The notes: a model not told the origin generated them from the letters alone. A stretch of 64,000 bases of DNA from Prevotella sp. (GCA_051869235.1 JBJEAS010000091.1:7343-71342); one strand, 5' to 3'. Positions 1 to 10,095 are shown, counted from the first letter of the stretch. Program-made: numbers and translations.

Positions 1-395
1 TCGAGATAGTCGATGTAAAACTGTGCCTCTCGAATGCGTTGGAAAAGTCGCTTAACGAAGTCGCTGTGTGCTTCCCATGACATTTTCTTGTTTTCCAAGA
101 ACTCACAGAGCATTCTGTTGTTCTCCAACTGCAGAGCGAACCTGTTGTCGGCAAACTTAGCGGAAGGACATTCCTTAGACTCTCTTCTTGCCTTTCTTTC
201 CATCACCGTCTGGTACTCCCTTGCCTCCTTTGTTATCGCCACCATGAGCGACAACATATAATTGTAGAGGTCATAGGCTTTGGAAAGACTGAATATAAGT
301 TCCTTCTCGGCCGCATCAATATTGTTGTTGCCATTCTGATAGTAAGCATACGTAAGCTGCACTATCTTCACTCTTATCAACTCTCTATTAATCAT
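1..395 (-). CDS. nusB: Transcription antitermination factor NusB (3' part outside window)
   Basis: Manual translation from ATG at 395: MINRELIRVKIVQLTYAYYQNGNNNIDAAEKELIFSLSKAYDLYNY..., the Bacteroidota NusB N-terminus; divergent from rplY. Confidence 0.85.
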   Translation of the reverse strand, partial: MINRELIRVKIVQLTYAYYQNGNNNIDAAEKELIFSLSKAYDLYNYMLSLMVAITKEAREYQTVMERKARRESKECPSAKFADNRFALQLENNRMLCEFLENKKMSWEAHSDFVKRLFQRIREAQFYIDYL

Positions 396-425
396 ACTTT
401 TTTGTATCTGTCTTTTTTCGTGGTG

Positions 426-524
426 CAAATTTAGGCATTTTTCCCATATAATGCAAATAATATGGGGAAATATTGCATTTTTTTTGATTTTCCTTGCTTG
501 TTTCAATAAAAAAGCGTACCTTTG
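426..524. promoter_or_regulatory. Divergent Bacteroidota sigma-A promoters for nusB (TAAATTTG, - strand) and rplY (TACCTTTG, + strand, 517-524)
   Basis: Both match the TAnnTTTG -7 consensus followed by CAC. Confidence 0.7.
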
Positions 525-620
525 CACCGCTTTTTCAAGCACATCGATATCTTTTTCGTGTGATGGTGAATTAAGCAACCCTAATTTTACACTTAATTTA
601 GAGTAACACATTAATTTAAA

Positions 621-1217
621 ATGAAAGAAATTAACGTATCAGGTAAGAAGCGCACCGACCTTGGCAAGAAGGCCTCTAAACTGGCGCGCAAAGAGGGTCT
701 CATCCCATGTAACATCTACGGCGAGAAGAAGGACGAGAACGGCAAGCCAGAGGCTCTGTCATTCCTCTGCCCTATGAGCGAGCTCCGCAAGGTTGTCTAC
801 ACTCCTCACATCTATGTTGTAAACATCAACATCGACGGCGAAGAGCACAAGGCAGTGATGAAGGAACTTCAGTTCCACCCAGTTACCGACGCTCTGCTCC
901 ATGTAGACTTCTATGAGGTGAACGAGGAGAAGCCTATCACCATCGGCATTCCTGTGAAGCTCAACGGTCTGGCACAGGGTGTACGCGACGGTGGACGCAT
1001 CAACCTCTCAATCCGCAAAATCAACGTTACTGCTCCTTATAAGGTTATTCCTGAGCACCTCGACATCGACGTCACCAACCTCCAGCTCGGCAAGAGCATC
1101 AAGGTGGGCGAGCTAAGCTTCGAGGGACTCACATTGGCTACTTCTGCAGAAGTTGTAGTTTGCTCTGTCAAGGCTACACGTGCATCAAGGTCTGCCGCCG
1201 CACAAGCTGCTGAATAA
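621..1217 (+). CDS. rplY: 50S ribosomal protein L25/Ctc
   Basis: [18 protein letters not shown] and [14 protein letters not shown] motifs; followed by pth. Confidence 0.97.
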   Translation: MKEINVSGKKRTDLGKKASKLARKEGLIPCNIYGEKKDENGKPEALSFLCPMSELRKVVYTPHIYVVNINIDGEEHKAVMKELQFHPVTDALLHVDFYEVNEEKPITIGIPVKLNGLAQGVRDGGRINLSIRKINVTAPYKVIPEHLDIDVTNLQLGKSIKVGELSFEGLTLATSAEVVVCSVKATRASRSAAAQAAE

Positions 1218-1786
1218 TGGACAAGTTCTTGATAGTGGGATTGGGAAATGTCGGCGACGAATACGACAAGACCCGTCACAACACAGGATTCATGGTATTG
1301 GACGCTTTCGCAAAGGCGTCCAATATTGTTTTCGACGACAGGCGTTATGGCTTCATTGCAGAAACGAGCATAAAGGGACGGAAGGTTTTCCTGCTAAAGC
1401 CAAGCACATTCATGAACCTCAGCGGAAACGCTGTGCGCTACTGGATGAACAAGGAAAACATCGACATCGATCATCTGCTTGTCATCGTCGACGATCTCGC
1501 ACTGCCACTCGGCACGCTGCGGCTAAAGGCTGCCGGAAGCAATGCCGGACACAACGGTCTCGGACACATTCAACAGATTCTCGGCACCGAACGCTACCCC
1601 CGACTGCGCATTGGAATCGGCAATGAGTTTGAGCGAGGCATGCAGATACAATGGGTGCTGGGACGTTATAACGAAGAAGAAATGAAAACTCTTGAACCAA
1701 AGCTCGAAACGGCATGCGAAATCATCAAGAGCTTCGTTCTTTCTGGCATCGACTTCACCATGAATGCCTTTAATAAGAAAAAGTAG
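1217..1786 (+). CDS. pth: Peptidyl-tRNA hydrolase
   Basis: [30 protein letters not shown] motifs. Confidence 0.97.
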   Translation: MDKFLIVGLGNVGDEYDKTRHNTGFMVLDAFAKASNIVFDDRRYGFIAETSIKGRKVFLLKPSTFMNLSGNAVRYWMNKENIDIDHLLVIVDDLALPLGTLRLKAAGSNAGHNGLGHIQQILGTERYPRLRIGIGNEFERGMQIQWVLGRYNEEEMKTLEPKLETACEIIKSFVLSGIDFTMNAFNKKK

Positions 1787-1790
1787 GTTC

Positions 1791-1929
1791 AGTTGACGAG
1801 TTGACAAGTTAATAGTCGACAAGTTAATAGTTGAACAAGCAAAAACAGACAGAAGACAATCCAAATATTGACAAAAAACAAGAAGAGCGGAGATAGGCAG
1901 AAACTCGTCAACTTGTTTACTTGTCAACT
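1791..1929. repeat. Intergenic palindromic element of AGTTGAC(A/G)-type tandem units in inverted arms
   Basis: agttgacgagttgacaagttaatagtcgacaagtt ... aactcgtcaacttgtttacttgtcaact. Confidence 0.8.
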
Positions 1930-1937
1930 AAAAAAAT

Positions 1938-2351
1938 ATGGAAGCAAGAATAGACAAATGGCTGTGGGCAGCACGAATATTCAAGACTCGTTCCATTGCA
2001 GCCGACGCATGCAAAAACGGACGCGTCACAATCAACAACGTCAACGTGAAACCTTCGCGACCAGTGAAGGTGGGTGAAGTCGTTGCCGTAAGGAAACCGC
2101 CTGTAACCTATTCGTTCAAGGTGCTGAAAACCATTGAAATGCGAGTAGGGGCAAAACTGCTTCCTGAAATCTACGAGAACGTAACCACACCCGACCAGTA
2201 CGAACTGTTGGAGATGAACCGCATCAGCGGATTCGTAGACCGCGCACGAGGCACTGGACGACCAACAAAGAAAGAACGCCGCTCGCTCGATGCCTTCATA
2301 GAGCCTACCTTCGAGGGATTCGAGTTTGACGACGACGATTGGGAGGAATAA
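1938..2351 (+). CDS. hslR: S4-domain ribosome-associated heat shock protein Hsp15
   Basis: RIDKWLWAARIFKTRS.A...C..GRV and GRPTKKERR motifs. Confidence 0.92.
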   Translation: MEARIDKWLWAARIFKTRSIAADACKNGRVTINNVNVKPSRPVKVGEVVAVRKPPVTYSFKVLKTIEMRVGAKLLPEIYENVTTPDQYELLEMNRISGFVDRARGTGRPTKKERRSLDAFIEPTFEGFEFDDDDWEE

Positions 2352-2354
2352 GCC

Positions 2355-2927
2355 ATGAAGAGAATAGCTGTCTTTGCTTCCGGCAACGGAACAAACTTCG
2401 AAAACATCACTCGCTTCCTTGCGGGAAACGAGAATGCCGAAGTGGTACTGCTCGTCTGCAACAAAGCCGACGCCTTCGCCCTGCAACGTGCCGAACGACT
2501 CGGTGTGGAAAGCTTGATATGGAAGAAGGGCGACTTTGCCGACGAGAAGCGTACCATGCAGATGCTCAACGACCACGGCATCGACTTCATCGTCCTTGCC
2601 GGTTTCCTTCTTATGATTCCATCCTACCTCATCAGTCGTTTCGACCATCGCATGATAAACATCCACCCCTCGCTGTTGCCAAAATACGGTGGCAAGGGAA
2701 TGTATGGCGACCATGTGCACGAAGCCGTAAAGGCTGCCGGCGAAACGGAAACGGGAATAACGATACACTTCGTCAGCGAAGTGTGCGACGGAGGCGACAT
2801 CATCAGGCAGGAGAAGACCCCTATCTCGCCTACCGACACTCCTGACGAGATTGCCGCAAAAGTGCATAACCTCGAAAAGGAATTCTTTCCACAAACAATA
2901 ATCGACATTATAGAGAAACTGAAATGA
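2355..2927 (+). CDS. purN: Phosphoribosylglycinamide formyltransferase
   Basis: IAVFASGNGTN, LAGFL, NIHPSLLPKYGG motifs. Confidence 0.95.
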   Translation: MKRIAVFASGNGTNFENITRFLAGNENAEVVLLVCNKADAFALQRAERLGVESLIWKKGDFADEKRTMQMLNDHGIDFIVLAGFLLMIPSYLISRFDHRMINIHPSLLPKYGGKGMYGDHVHEAVKAAGETETGITIHFVSEVCDGGDIIRQEKTPISPTDTPDEIAAKVHNLEKEFFPQTIIDIIEKLK

Positions 2928-3874
2928 TTCTTGACTGCATTCTCATAATTATAGGTATTGCACTGGTGCTATACGGTGCCGACCGACTTACAGTAGGCGC
3001 TTCAGCATTGGCACGACGAATGAACATTCCCGAAATCATAATCGGGTTGACCATCGTCGCAGCAGGCACGTCGGCACCCGAGTTCTTCGTCAGTTTTATG
3101 TCGGCACTGAAGGGCACACCCGACATGGCTGTGGGAAACGTCGTGGGAAGCAACATCTTCAACGTGCTGCTCATTGTGGGAATAACGTCGATGGTGACAC
3201 CCATCAAGGTGACACAATCCACAGTGAGCAAGGATATGCGCTGGGCTATATTGGCATCGGTGGTGTTTTTAGTTTGCTGCTTCGACAACATGAAAGCATC
3301 GCTTACAGGATGTACAATAAGCCGCCTCGACGGCATTGAACTGCTCGCTTTCTTCGCCTTCTTTATGTATCAGACGATGAAAGGGGCAAAGGACACCAAG
3401 ACCGAAGTCGTGGCGACAGAGAAAGTGAGCGTGGTCAAGAACGTTTTCTTCTTCGCCATGGGACTTGCCATGCTCATCTTCGGCAGCAACATCTTTGTTG
3501 ATTCAGCCTCTAACGTTGCCGCCACACTTGGCATCAGCCAAGGCGTCATAGGCCTAACAATCGTGGCAGGCGGTACTTCCCTACCCGAACTTGCCACAAG
3601 TGTGGTGGCTGCCAAGAAGGGAAACTCCGCCATAGCCATAGGCAATGTCATCGGCAGCAATGTGTTCAACATTCTTGCAATTCTCAGCACCACGGCAGTC
3701 ATCTGCCCAATGCAGATACAAGGTATCACCACTATAGACATTCTCGTTATGGGAGGGTCGATGTTCCTCCTTTGGCTCTTCTCCTACACCAAACTCACCG
3801 TGGCGCGATGGGAAGGAGCTGTATTAACGTCATTATTCTTTATTTATATGATTTATCTTTTAAGTAACATATAA
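2924..3874 (+). CDS. Calcium/sodium antiporter (YrbG/CaCA family)
   Basis: Two alpha repeats GTSAPE/GTSLPE and GNVVGSNIFN/GNVIGSNVFN; multiple TM helices. Confidence 0.92.
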   Translation: MILDCILIIIGIALVLYGADRLTVGASALARRMNIPEIIIGLTIVAAGTSAPEFFVSFMSALKGTPDMAVGNVVGSNIFNVLLIVGITSMVTPIKVTQSTVSKDMRWAILASVVFLVCCFDNMKASLTGCTISRLDGIELLAFFAFFMYQTMKGAKDTKTEVVATEKVSVVKNVFFFAMGLAMLIFGSNIFVDSASNVAATLGISQGVIGLTIVAGGTSLPELATSVVAAKKGNSAIAIGNVIGSNVFNILAILSTTAVICPMQIQGITTIDILVMGGSMFLLWLFSYTKLTVARWEGAVLTSLFFIYMIYLLSNI

Positions 3875-3885
3875 ACATTTTTAAC

Positions 3886-3919
3886 AGGAGTCATTGTCTA
3901 ACCTCCTCTAAAAAACAAC
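3886..3919 (+). promoter_or_regulatory. preQ1-I-like riboswitch aptamer
   Basis: AGGAG-TCATTGTCTAAC-CTCCT-CTAAAAAACAAC: 5-bp stem, UCR...AAC loop, A-rich tail; directly upstream of yhhQ-queF. Confidence 0.7.
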
Positions 3920-3922
3920 ATT

Positions 3923-4618
3923 ATGCAAAAAACAAAACGTCAAGTGAGCGTGCTGTTTATGCTTTTCGGCATGCTCTTCTGCGTCTGCCTCATCACGGCA
4001 AACGTATTGGAAACAAAGCAAATGGCCTTCGGCCCTATCAGTATCACCGGCGGACTCATCGTCTTCCCTGTTTCTTACATCATCAACGACTGCGTATGCG
4101 AGGTATGGGGCTATTCAAAGACTCGTCTTCTCATTTGGTACGGATTTGCCATGAACTTCATTTTCGTGATGTTCGGCGCTCTCTGCGATGCACTTCCCGG
4201 TGCCGCATACTGGACCAATGATGAAGGGTTTCATGCCATCTTCGGCCTCGCCCCACGCATTGTATTCGCCTCGTTCTTGGCATTCATCATCGGCTCGTTC
4301 ATCAATGCCTACGCCATGAGTAGAATGAAGATTTCGTCGCAAGGAAAGCACTTTACCTATCGTGCTATTCTCAGCACAGTATTTGGCGAAGCCGCCGACT
4401 CGCTCATCTTCTTCCCAATAGCTCTGTGGGGTGTGGTGCCCGACAGCGAACTGCCTCTACTCATGCTTTCGCAGGTGGTACTGAAGACACTCTACGAGAT
4501 TATCGTACTGCCAATAACCGTATGTGTCGTACGTGCTACCAAGCGCCATGAAGACCTCGATACCTATGACAACAACATCAACTACAACATTTTTAAGATT
4601 AAGGAATTAGACAACTGA
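3923..4618 (+). CDS. yhhQ: Queuosine precursor transporter (YhhQ/Vut_1 family)
   Basis: [12 protein letters not shown]...EVWG and R.ILST.FGE..DS.IF motifs; adjacent to queF. Confidence 0.9.
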   Translation: MQKTKRQVSVLFMLFGMLFCVCLITANVLETKQMAFGPISITGGLIVFPVSYIINDCVCEVWGYSKTRLLIWYGFAMNFIFVMFGALCDALPGAAYWTNDEGFHAIFGLAPRIVFASFLAFIIGSFINAYAMSRMKISSQGKHFTYRAILSTVFGEAADSLIFFPIALWGVVPDSELPLLMLSQVVLKTLYEIIVLPITVCVVRATKRHEDLDTYDNNINYNIFKIKELDN

Positions 4619-4623
4619 CAATA

Positions 4624-5082
4624 ATGGAAAACAGAAAAGACGAAGGCCTAAAGTCATTAGGTCAAAAGACGACATACGCCATGGACTATGCTCCAGAGGT
4701 GCTTGAAACATTCAACAACCGCCACCCCGAAAACGACTACTGGGTGAAGTTCAACTGTCCGGAATTCACATCGCTCTGTCCCATCACAGGACAGCCCGAC
4801 TTTGCTGAAATCGTCATACGCTACATTCCCGACGTGAAGATGGTGGAGAGCAAGAGCCTAAAGCTCTACCTATTCAGCTTCCGAAACCACGGCGACTTCC
4901 ACGAGGACTGTGTAAACACGATAATGAAAGACCTCATTCAACTCATGGAACCAAAATACATTGAGGTGGTGGGTCTTTTCACGCCCCGAGGCGGCATCAG
5001 CATACATCCCTACGCCAACTATGGACGCCCAGGCACAAAATATGAGCAACTTGCAGCACAACGCTTTGCTACATATGAATAA
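4624..5082 (+). CDS. queF: PreQ0 reductase QueF (unimodular)
   Basis: [33 protein letters not shown] motifs. Confidence 0.97.
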   Translation: MENRKDEGLKSLGQKTTYAMDYAPEVLETFNNRHPENDYWVKFNCPEFTSLCPITGQPDFAEIVIRYIPDVKMVESKSLKLYLFSFRNHGDFHEDCVNTIMKDLIQLMEPKYIEVVGLFTPRGGISIHPYANYGRPGTKYEQLAAQRFATYE

Positions 5083-5089
5083 AAAGCGA

Positions 5090-5129
5090 AAAAAGAATCG
5101 CAAGTCTCGAAAGACTTGCGATTCTTTTT
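5090..5129. terminator. Bidirectional intrinsic terminator between queF and tRNA genes
   Basis: AAAAAGAATCGCAAGTCT-CGAA-AGACTTGCGATTCTTTTT perfect hairpin. Confidence 0.9.
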
Positions 5130-5130
5130 G

Positions 5131-5204
5131 TGATTCCGGCGGGATTCAAACCCACAACCTTCTGATCCGTAGTCAGATGCTCTATTCAGTTGAGCTACGG
5201 AACC
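5131..5204 (-). tRNA. tRNA-Arg(ACG), copy 2
   Basis: GGTTCCGTAGCTCAACTGAATAGAGCATCTGACTACGGATCAGAAGGTTGTGGGTTTGAATCCCGCCGGAATCA folds as a cloverleaf, anticodon ACG, CCA not encoded. Confidence 0.95.
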
Positions 5205-5247
5205 ATTCCGTATTGTGCCTATTCATTAGTCATGAGATTATCGAAAG

Positions 5248-5321
5248 TGATTCCGGCGGGATTCAAACCCACAACCTTCTGATCCGTAGTCAGATGCTCT
5301 ATTCAGTTGAGCTACGGAACC
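5248..5321 (-). tRNA. tRNA-Arg(ACG), copy 1
   Basis: Identical 74-nt copy; TACCTTTG promoter on - strand at about 5354-5361. Confidence 0.95.
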
Positions 5322-5514
5322 ATTCGATTGGCCCTCATTTCTGAAATGCGGTGCAAAGGTACGCATTTTCTGTGAAACCGCCAAATCTTTTCGCTCTTTT
5401 TTTAAAGAAAAGGCGAAAAAAGTCCACATCAGCAAAGAAACAGACTCTTTTCGCCCCCCATTATGTGGCATTTTAGCCTGCATCCCCCTCCCCAGGGAGG
5501 GGTTAGGGGTGAGC

Positions 5515-7566
5515 CTACCCTATCAGTTCCACCGAGCGTTTCAGGAAAGCATCCAGTGCGGCTCCCTTCAGCATGCCGTTCTGCAGCAGGGCAAGGTCGA
5601 TGAGCTGGTGAACAATACTGTTGCCCTTGGCATAGGCGGCAATCACTTCGCGCTTCTTGCTCTTCTGTTCGTCAATTGCCTTTTGCGTGTTGCTGAGGTC
5701 GTCCTTTTCCTCCTGACTTATCTCCTCAGGTTTCTTCTTGTCCTGACTCTGATGCAATGCGGCAAGGCGTGCCTCCTGTCCCTTCAGTTCACTGACAATA
5801 GGCTTAAGAGCCTCGGCTGTGTTGGTCTCACAGTCGGAAAGCACACGCTTCACCAATGGATGGTCGCTATTGAGCACAAGGCTATAGCTGTCAGGCATCT
5901 GAGCATAGAATCCCATTCCTTGCTGGAAGCGGCTCATGTCTTTCATGCGTCGCATATATTCGCTCTGCGTGATAACCACAGGCTGCTGCTCGCCCATTGC
6001 CTCTACGTCAACGTAGATTTCAGCCTTGTCGAGCTTTGGCAGCTGCGACTTGAACACCTCGCTCAGCTTGTCACGCTGATCGTCAGCAAGAGCTTCCTTC
6101 TTGTCGTCATTCTTCTGTATGAGTCGCTCTATAATGTCGGCATCAACGCGAGTAAAGCGACTCTTCTCAAACTTCTGCTCAAACATGGACACGGTAGGCG
6201 TGTCAAGCTGTCCGTCGAATAGCAAAACGCTGTATCCCTTAGCCTTTGCCGCCTCTATGTAAGAATACTGTTCCTCGGCATCGGTGGCGTAGAGGTAGAC
6301 GAGCTGGTCGTCCTTGTCGGTCTGCTGTTCCTTTATCAATGTGCGATACTCCTCATAGGTGAAGTACTTTCCATCAACATCCTTGAAGAGTGCAAAGTCC
6401 TTGGCACGATCATAGAACGACTCGTCGCTCAGCATACCATAGTTGATGAACAGCTTCAGGTCGTCCCACTTCTCCTCAAATCCCTTACGGTCATCCTTGA
6501 AAAGGCTCTGCAGACGGTCGCTCACCTTCTTGGTGATGTAGGTCGAAATCTTCTTCACATCGCGGTCGCTCTGCAGATAAGAGCGGCTGACGTTAAGCGG
6601 AATGTCTGGCGAGTCGATTACTCCATGCAGCAGAGTAAGGAACTCAGGCACAATGCCCTCCACCTGGTCGGTGACGAACACCTGATTGCAGTAGAGTTGA
6701 ATCTTGTTGCGCTGCAGGTCAATGTTCGACTTTATGCGTGGGAAATATAGAATACCTGTGAGGTTAAACGGATAGTCGACGTTGAGGTGAATCCAAAACA
6801 TCGGCTCGTCGTGCATAGGATAGAGAGTGCGGTAAAAGCTCTTGTAGTCCTCGTCCTTCAGCTGACTTGGAGCCTTTGTCCACAGCGGCTCTACATTATT
6901 TATAATATTGTCTTCGTCGGTGTCCACTTGCTTGCCTTCCTTCCATTCGGTCTTCTTGCCGAAAGCCACGGGCACTGCCATGAACTTGCAGTACTTGTTG
7001 AGCAGCCCCTCTATGGTTGCCTTTTCGAGATACTCGGCGCAATCGTCAGCAACGTGCAACACGATGTCTGAACCACGGTCGGCCTTCTCGGCATCGTCAA
7101 TCTCATACGATGGACTACCATCGCAACTCCACTTCACCGCCTTTGCATCGTCGCGATAGCTGCGTGTGACAATCTCCACACGGTCGCTCACCATGAACGA
7201 CGAGTAGAAGCCCAATCCGAAGTGTCCGATGATGTTGTTGGCATTGTCCTTATACTTCTCCAGAAAATCGTTGACTCCCGAAAAGGCAATCTGATTGATA
7301 TACTTGTCTATCTCCTCCTCGGTCATTCCAATGCCACGGTCGCTGATGGTGATTGTCTTTGCGTCCTTGTCAACGGAAATTCTCACAGTCAGGTCGCCCA
7401 ATTCGCCCTTGAACTCGCCTCTCTCTGCAAGTGTCTTCAACTTTTGTGTGGCATCGACGGCATTTGAAACCATCTCGCGCAAGAAGATTTCATGGTCAGA
7501 ATACAAAAACTTCTTAATCACGGGGAAGATGTTCTCTGTTGTAACCCCAATATTACCTTTTTGCAT
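5515..7566 (-). CDS. htpG: Molecular chaperone HtpG (Hsp90)
   Basis: LYSDHEIFLREMVSNAVDA, DRGIGMT, IGHFGLGFYSSF, PLNVSRSYLQ motifs. Confidence 0.97.
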   Translation of the reverse strand: MQKGNIGVTTENIFPVIKKFLYSDHEIFLREMVSNAVDATQKLKTLAERGEFKGELGDLTVRISVDKDAKTITISDRGIGMTEEEIDKYINQIAFSGVNDFLEKYKDNANNIIGHFGLGFYSSFMVSDRVEIVTRSYRDDAKAVKWSCDGSPSYEIDDAEKADRGSDIVLHVADDCAEYLEKATIEGLLNKYCKFMAVPVAFGKKTEWKEGKQVDTDEDNIINNVEPLWTKAPSQLKDEDYKSFYRTLYPMHDEPMFWIHLNVDYPFNLTGILYFPRIKSNIDLQRNKIQLYCNQVFVTDQVEGIVPEFLTLLHGVIDSPDIPLNVSRSYLQSDRDVKKISTYITKKVSDRLQSLFKDDRKGFEEKWDDLKLFINYGMLSDESFYDRAKDFALFKDVDGKYFTYEEYRTLIKEQQTDKDDQLVYLYATDAEEQYSYIEAAKAKGYSVLLFDGQLDTPTVSMFEQKFEKSRFTRVDADIIERLIQKNDDKKEALADDQRDKLSEVFKSQLPKLDKAEIYVDVEAMGEQQPVVITQSEYMRRMKDMSRFQQGMGFYAQMPDSYSLVLNSDHPLVKRVLSDCETNTAEALKPIVSELKGQEARLAALHQSQDKKKPEEISQEEKDDLSNTQKAIDEQKSKKREVIAAYAKGNSIVHQLIDLALLQNGMLKGAALDAFLKRSVELIG

Positions 7567-7748
7567 AATTGTTTTTATTGTTTTACTTTTATAATATTAA
7601 TTCTCTCTACCTTTCTCATATACAAATACCGTGCCAAACTTGATAATAAGTCATTTTGTCAGTCTCGGAATATGATTTTTGTATTTTTTTGCAAGAAATA
7701 ACATTAAAAAGGTTGGACGATAAAAATAAAGTATTAACTTTGCAGCGA

Positions 7749-7969
7749 CTAAATGACGATAACCTTTTGACGTATCAAAACCAAGTATTTTTCAATACAA
7801 AGTGCGTCACGTTTCGTCATAAGGCGTACACAGTACAGATTGTTAGTAGTAGAAATATTGGTAATACTTTCCAAAGTATTAGTGAATGTAATTAATTATT
7901 CAATAGGTGTCTTTTTAAGGTAATGAGGCCCGGGAGCGAGTAGTGATACTGTATTCCCGGGCCATTTTT
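7749..7969 (+). ncRNA. Candidate structured sRNA A
   Basis: TAACTTTG promoter 7735-7742; long 5' hairpin (ATGACGA/TCGTCAT); GGCCCGGGA...GTGA...TCCCGGGCC-ATTTTT terminator; no credible ORF inside. Confidence 0.55.
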
Positions 7970-7970
7970 G

Positions 7971-8014
7971 TCTCGAACAGTTCTCGAAGGCATCTCGAAG
8001 GAATCTCGAAGGAA
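7971..8014. repeat. Four tandem 11-bp units TCTCGAA(C/G)nnn
   Basis: tctcgaacagt tctcgaaggca tctcgaaggaa tctcgaaggaa. Confidence 0.8.
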
Positions 8015-8084
8015 TATTTCAATAAAACTTTAGTGGACACTGGCAAACGACAAGTTACGAGGGCATACTTTGACAAATTAGGCT

Positions 8085-8154
8085 GCGCCTCGGAAATAAA
8101 AACAAAAGTTTTTGGACTTTTGTTTTGTATTTCGCTCAACTTGCACTAACTTTG
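8085..8154 (+). repeat. Bacteroidales CCTCGG-hairpin-CTC element ending in the map promoter (TAACTTTG 8147-8154)
   Basis: gcgcctcggaaataaaaacaaaagt...acttttgttttgtatttcgctcaacttgcactaactttg; related copy at 58953-58999 (-). Confidence 0.55.
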
Positions 8155-8179
8155 CACCCAAAAATAATACATAGACATT

Positions 8180-9040
8180 ATGTTTGGAAAGAAAAGAAGA
8201 TGGCATCTGCTTCGTGGACAAGAGCCAACCGAGATGGACAAAAAAATATTGTACTGGGAAAACAAGGGCAAACTTGTACCTACACGAGACCTTATAAAAA
8301 CGCCTGAACAAATAGAGGGCATAAGGCGAAGTGGTATTGTGAATACTGGAGTGCTGGACGAAGTGGCTCGACAGATACACGAAGGCATGACAACACTCGA
8401 AATAGACGAGATATGCCGAAAATACTGCGAAGAGCATGGGGCAACACCAGCGTGCTTGGGCTACGAGGGATTCCCCATGAGCGTCTGCACAAGCATAAAC
8501 GAAGTGGTATGCCACGGAATACCAAAGAAGGAAGACGTACTCAGAGAGGGCGACATCGTCAACGTGGACTTTACGACTATTCTCGATGGATATTATGCCG
8601 ACGCCTCGCGTATGTTTATAATAGGTAAGACAACACCCGAGAAGGAACAACTCGTAAGAGTGGCAAAAGAATGCCTGGAAATAGGTGCCGAGGCGGCAAA
8701 GCCCTACGGCTTCGTCGGCGACATTGGACACGCCATACAGAAGCACGTGGAGAAATACCACTACGGCATAGTGCGCGACCTTTGCGGACACGGTGTAGGA
8801 CTGCAATTCCACGAAGATCCCGAAGTGATGCACTTTGGACACCGCGGGCAAGGCATGCTGCTCGTGCCCGGCATGGTGTTCACCATTGAGCCAATGATAA
8901 ACCAAGGCACCTGGAAGGTGTTCATCGATGCAGACGACAAATATGGCTGGGAGGTAATCACTGGAGACGAGCTGCCGAGTGCACAATGGGAACACACCTT
9001 CCTGATGACCGAACACGGATTGGAGATTCTTACCTATTAA
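8180..9040 (+). CDS. map: Type I methionine aminopeptidase
   Basis: CTSINEVVCHGIP, GDIVNVD, GHGVG..FHEDP, TIEPM, SAQWEHT motifs. Confidence 0.97.
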   Translation: MFGKKRRWHLLRGQEPTEMDKKILYWENKGKLVPTRDLIKTPEQIEGIRRSGIVNTGVLDEVARQIHEGMTTLEIDEICRKYCEEHGATPACLGYEGFPMSVCTSINEVVCHGIPKKEDVLREGDIVNVDFTTILDGYYADASRMFIIGKTTPEKEQLVRVAKECLEIGAEAAKPYGFVGDIGHAIQKHVEKYHYGIVRDLCGHGVGLQFHEDPEVMHFGHRGQGMLLVPGMVFTIEPMINQGTWKVFIDADDKYGWEVITGDELPSAQWEHTFLMTEHGLEILTY

Positions 9041-9043
9041 AGA

Positions 9044-10072
9044 ATGGAGAAAAACGTATATATATTAGCAATAGAAAGTAGCTGCGACGACACTTCTGCG
9101 GCTGTGCTGCGCAACGGTGTGCTGCTGAGCAACGTGACGGCAAGCCAGGCAGTGCACGAAGCCTACGGAGGCGTGGTGCCCGAACTGGCATCGAGGGCAC
9201 ATCAGCAGAACGTGGTGCCTGTGGTAGACCAAGCCATAAAACGCGCCAACATTTGTAAAGAGCAACTGTCGGCGGTAGCGTTCACAAGAGGTCCAGGACT
9301 GATGGGCTCGCTATTGGTCGGAGTGAACTTCGCCAAAGGTTTGGCACGTGCGCTCGGCATACCACTTATAGATGTAAACCACCTGCAGGGACACGTCATG
9401 GCACACTTCATAAAAGAGAGCGACGACGACAACTCGGCTCCTCCACTGCCATTCCTCTGCCTGCTGGTAAGCGGTGGCAACTCTCAGATAGTCAAGGTTG
9501 AGGCATACAACAAAATGGAGGTTATTGGTCAGACCATAGACGACGCAGCAGGCGAGGCGATAGACAAATGCTCGAAGGTGATGGGACTGGGCTATCCCGG
9601 TGGACCCATTATCGACCGTTTGGCACGCCAAGGCAATCCGCAGGCATTCAAGTTTGCCGAGCCTCAGATAGCCGACTTGAACTACAGTTTCAGCGGACTG
9701 AAGACGTCGTTCCTCTACTCGCTGAGGGAGTGGGTGGCAGAAGACCCCGACTTCATAGAAAAGCACAAGGAGGACATTGCGGCAAGTCTGGAATGGACTA
9801 TAGTGGACATCCTGATGAAAAAGCTTCGCAAGGCTGTGAAACAGACTGGCATAAAACACGTTGCCGTGGCAGGAGGCGTGAGCGCCAACAATGGTCTGAG
9901 AAACGCCTTCCACGACCATGCGAAACGCTACGGCTGGACTATCTACATACCGAAGTTCAGCTACACTACCGACAACGCTGCCATGATAGGTATAACGGGC
10001 TACTACAAATATCTCGATGGCGAGTTTTGCAGCATCGACGCTCCTGCATTTGCCAAGACGACGTTTGAATGA
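9044..10072 (+). CDS. tsaD: tRNA t6A threonylcarbamoyltransferase TsaD
   Basis: LAIESSCDDT, GGVVPELASRAH, HLQGH, DDAAGEA.DK, DNAAMI motifs. Confidence 0.97.
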   Translation: MEKNVYILAIESSCDDTSAAVLRNGVLLSNVTASQAVHEAYGGVVPELASRAHQQNVVPVVDQAIKRANICKEQLSAVAFTRGPGLMGSLLVGVNFAKGLARALGIPLIDVNHLQGHVMAHFIKESDDDNSAPPLPFLCLLVSGGNSQIVKVEAYNKMEVIGQTIDDAAGEAIDKCSKVMGLGYPGGPIIDRLARQGNPQAFKFAEPQIADLNYSFSGLKTSFLYSLREWVAEDPDFIEKHKEDIAASLEWTIVDILMKKLRKAVKQTGIKHVAVAGGVSANNGLRNAFHDHAKRYGWTIYIPKFSYTTDNAAMIGITGYYKYLDGEFCSIDAPAFAKTTFE

Positions 10073-10095
10073 AAAATTAAACAACAAGAAATAAT

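Noticed and set aside
528-620. Structured L25 autoregulatory leader
   Set aside because: Only weak imperfect pairing; cannot be supported without alignment
5131-5321. tRNA duplication as prophage/island att sites
   Set aside because: Both copies are full length, 43 bp apart, with no integrase or cargo between them
4961-5483. ORFs with duplicated peptide DSGGIQTHNLLIRSQ
   Set aside because: Artefact of translating the two identical tRNA genes
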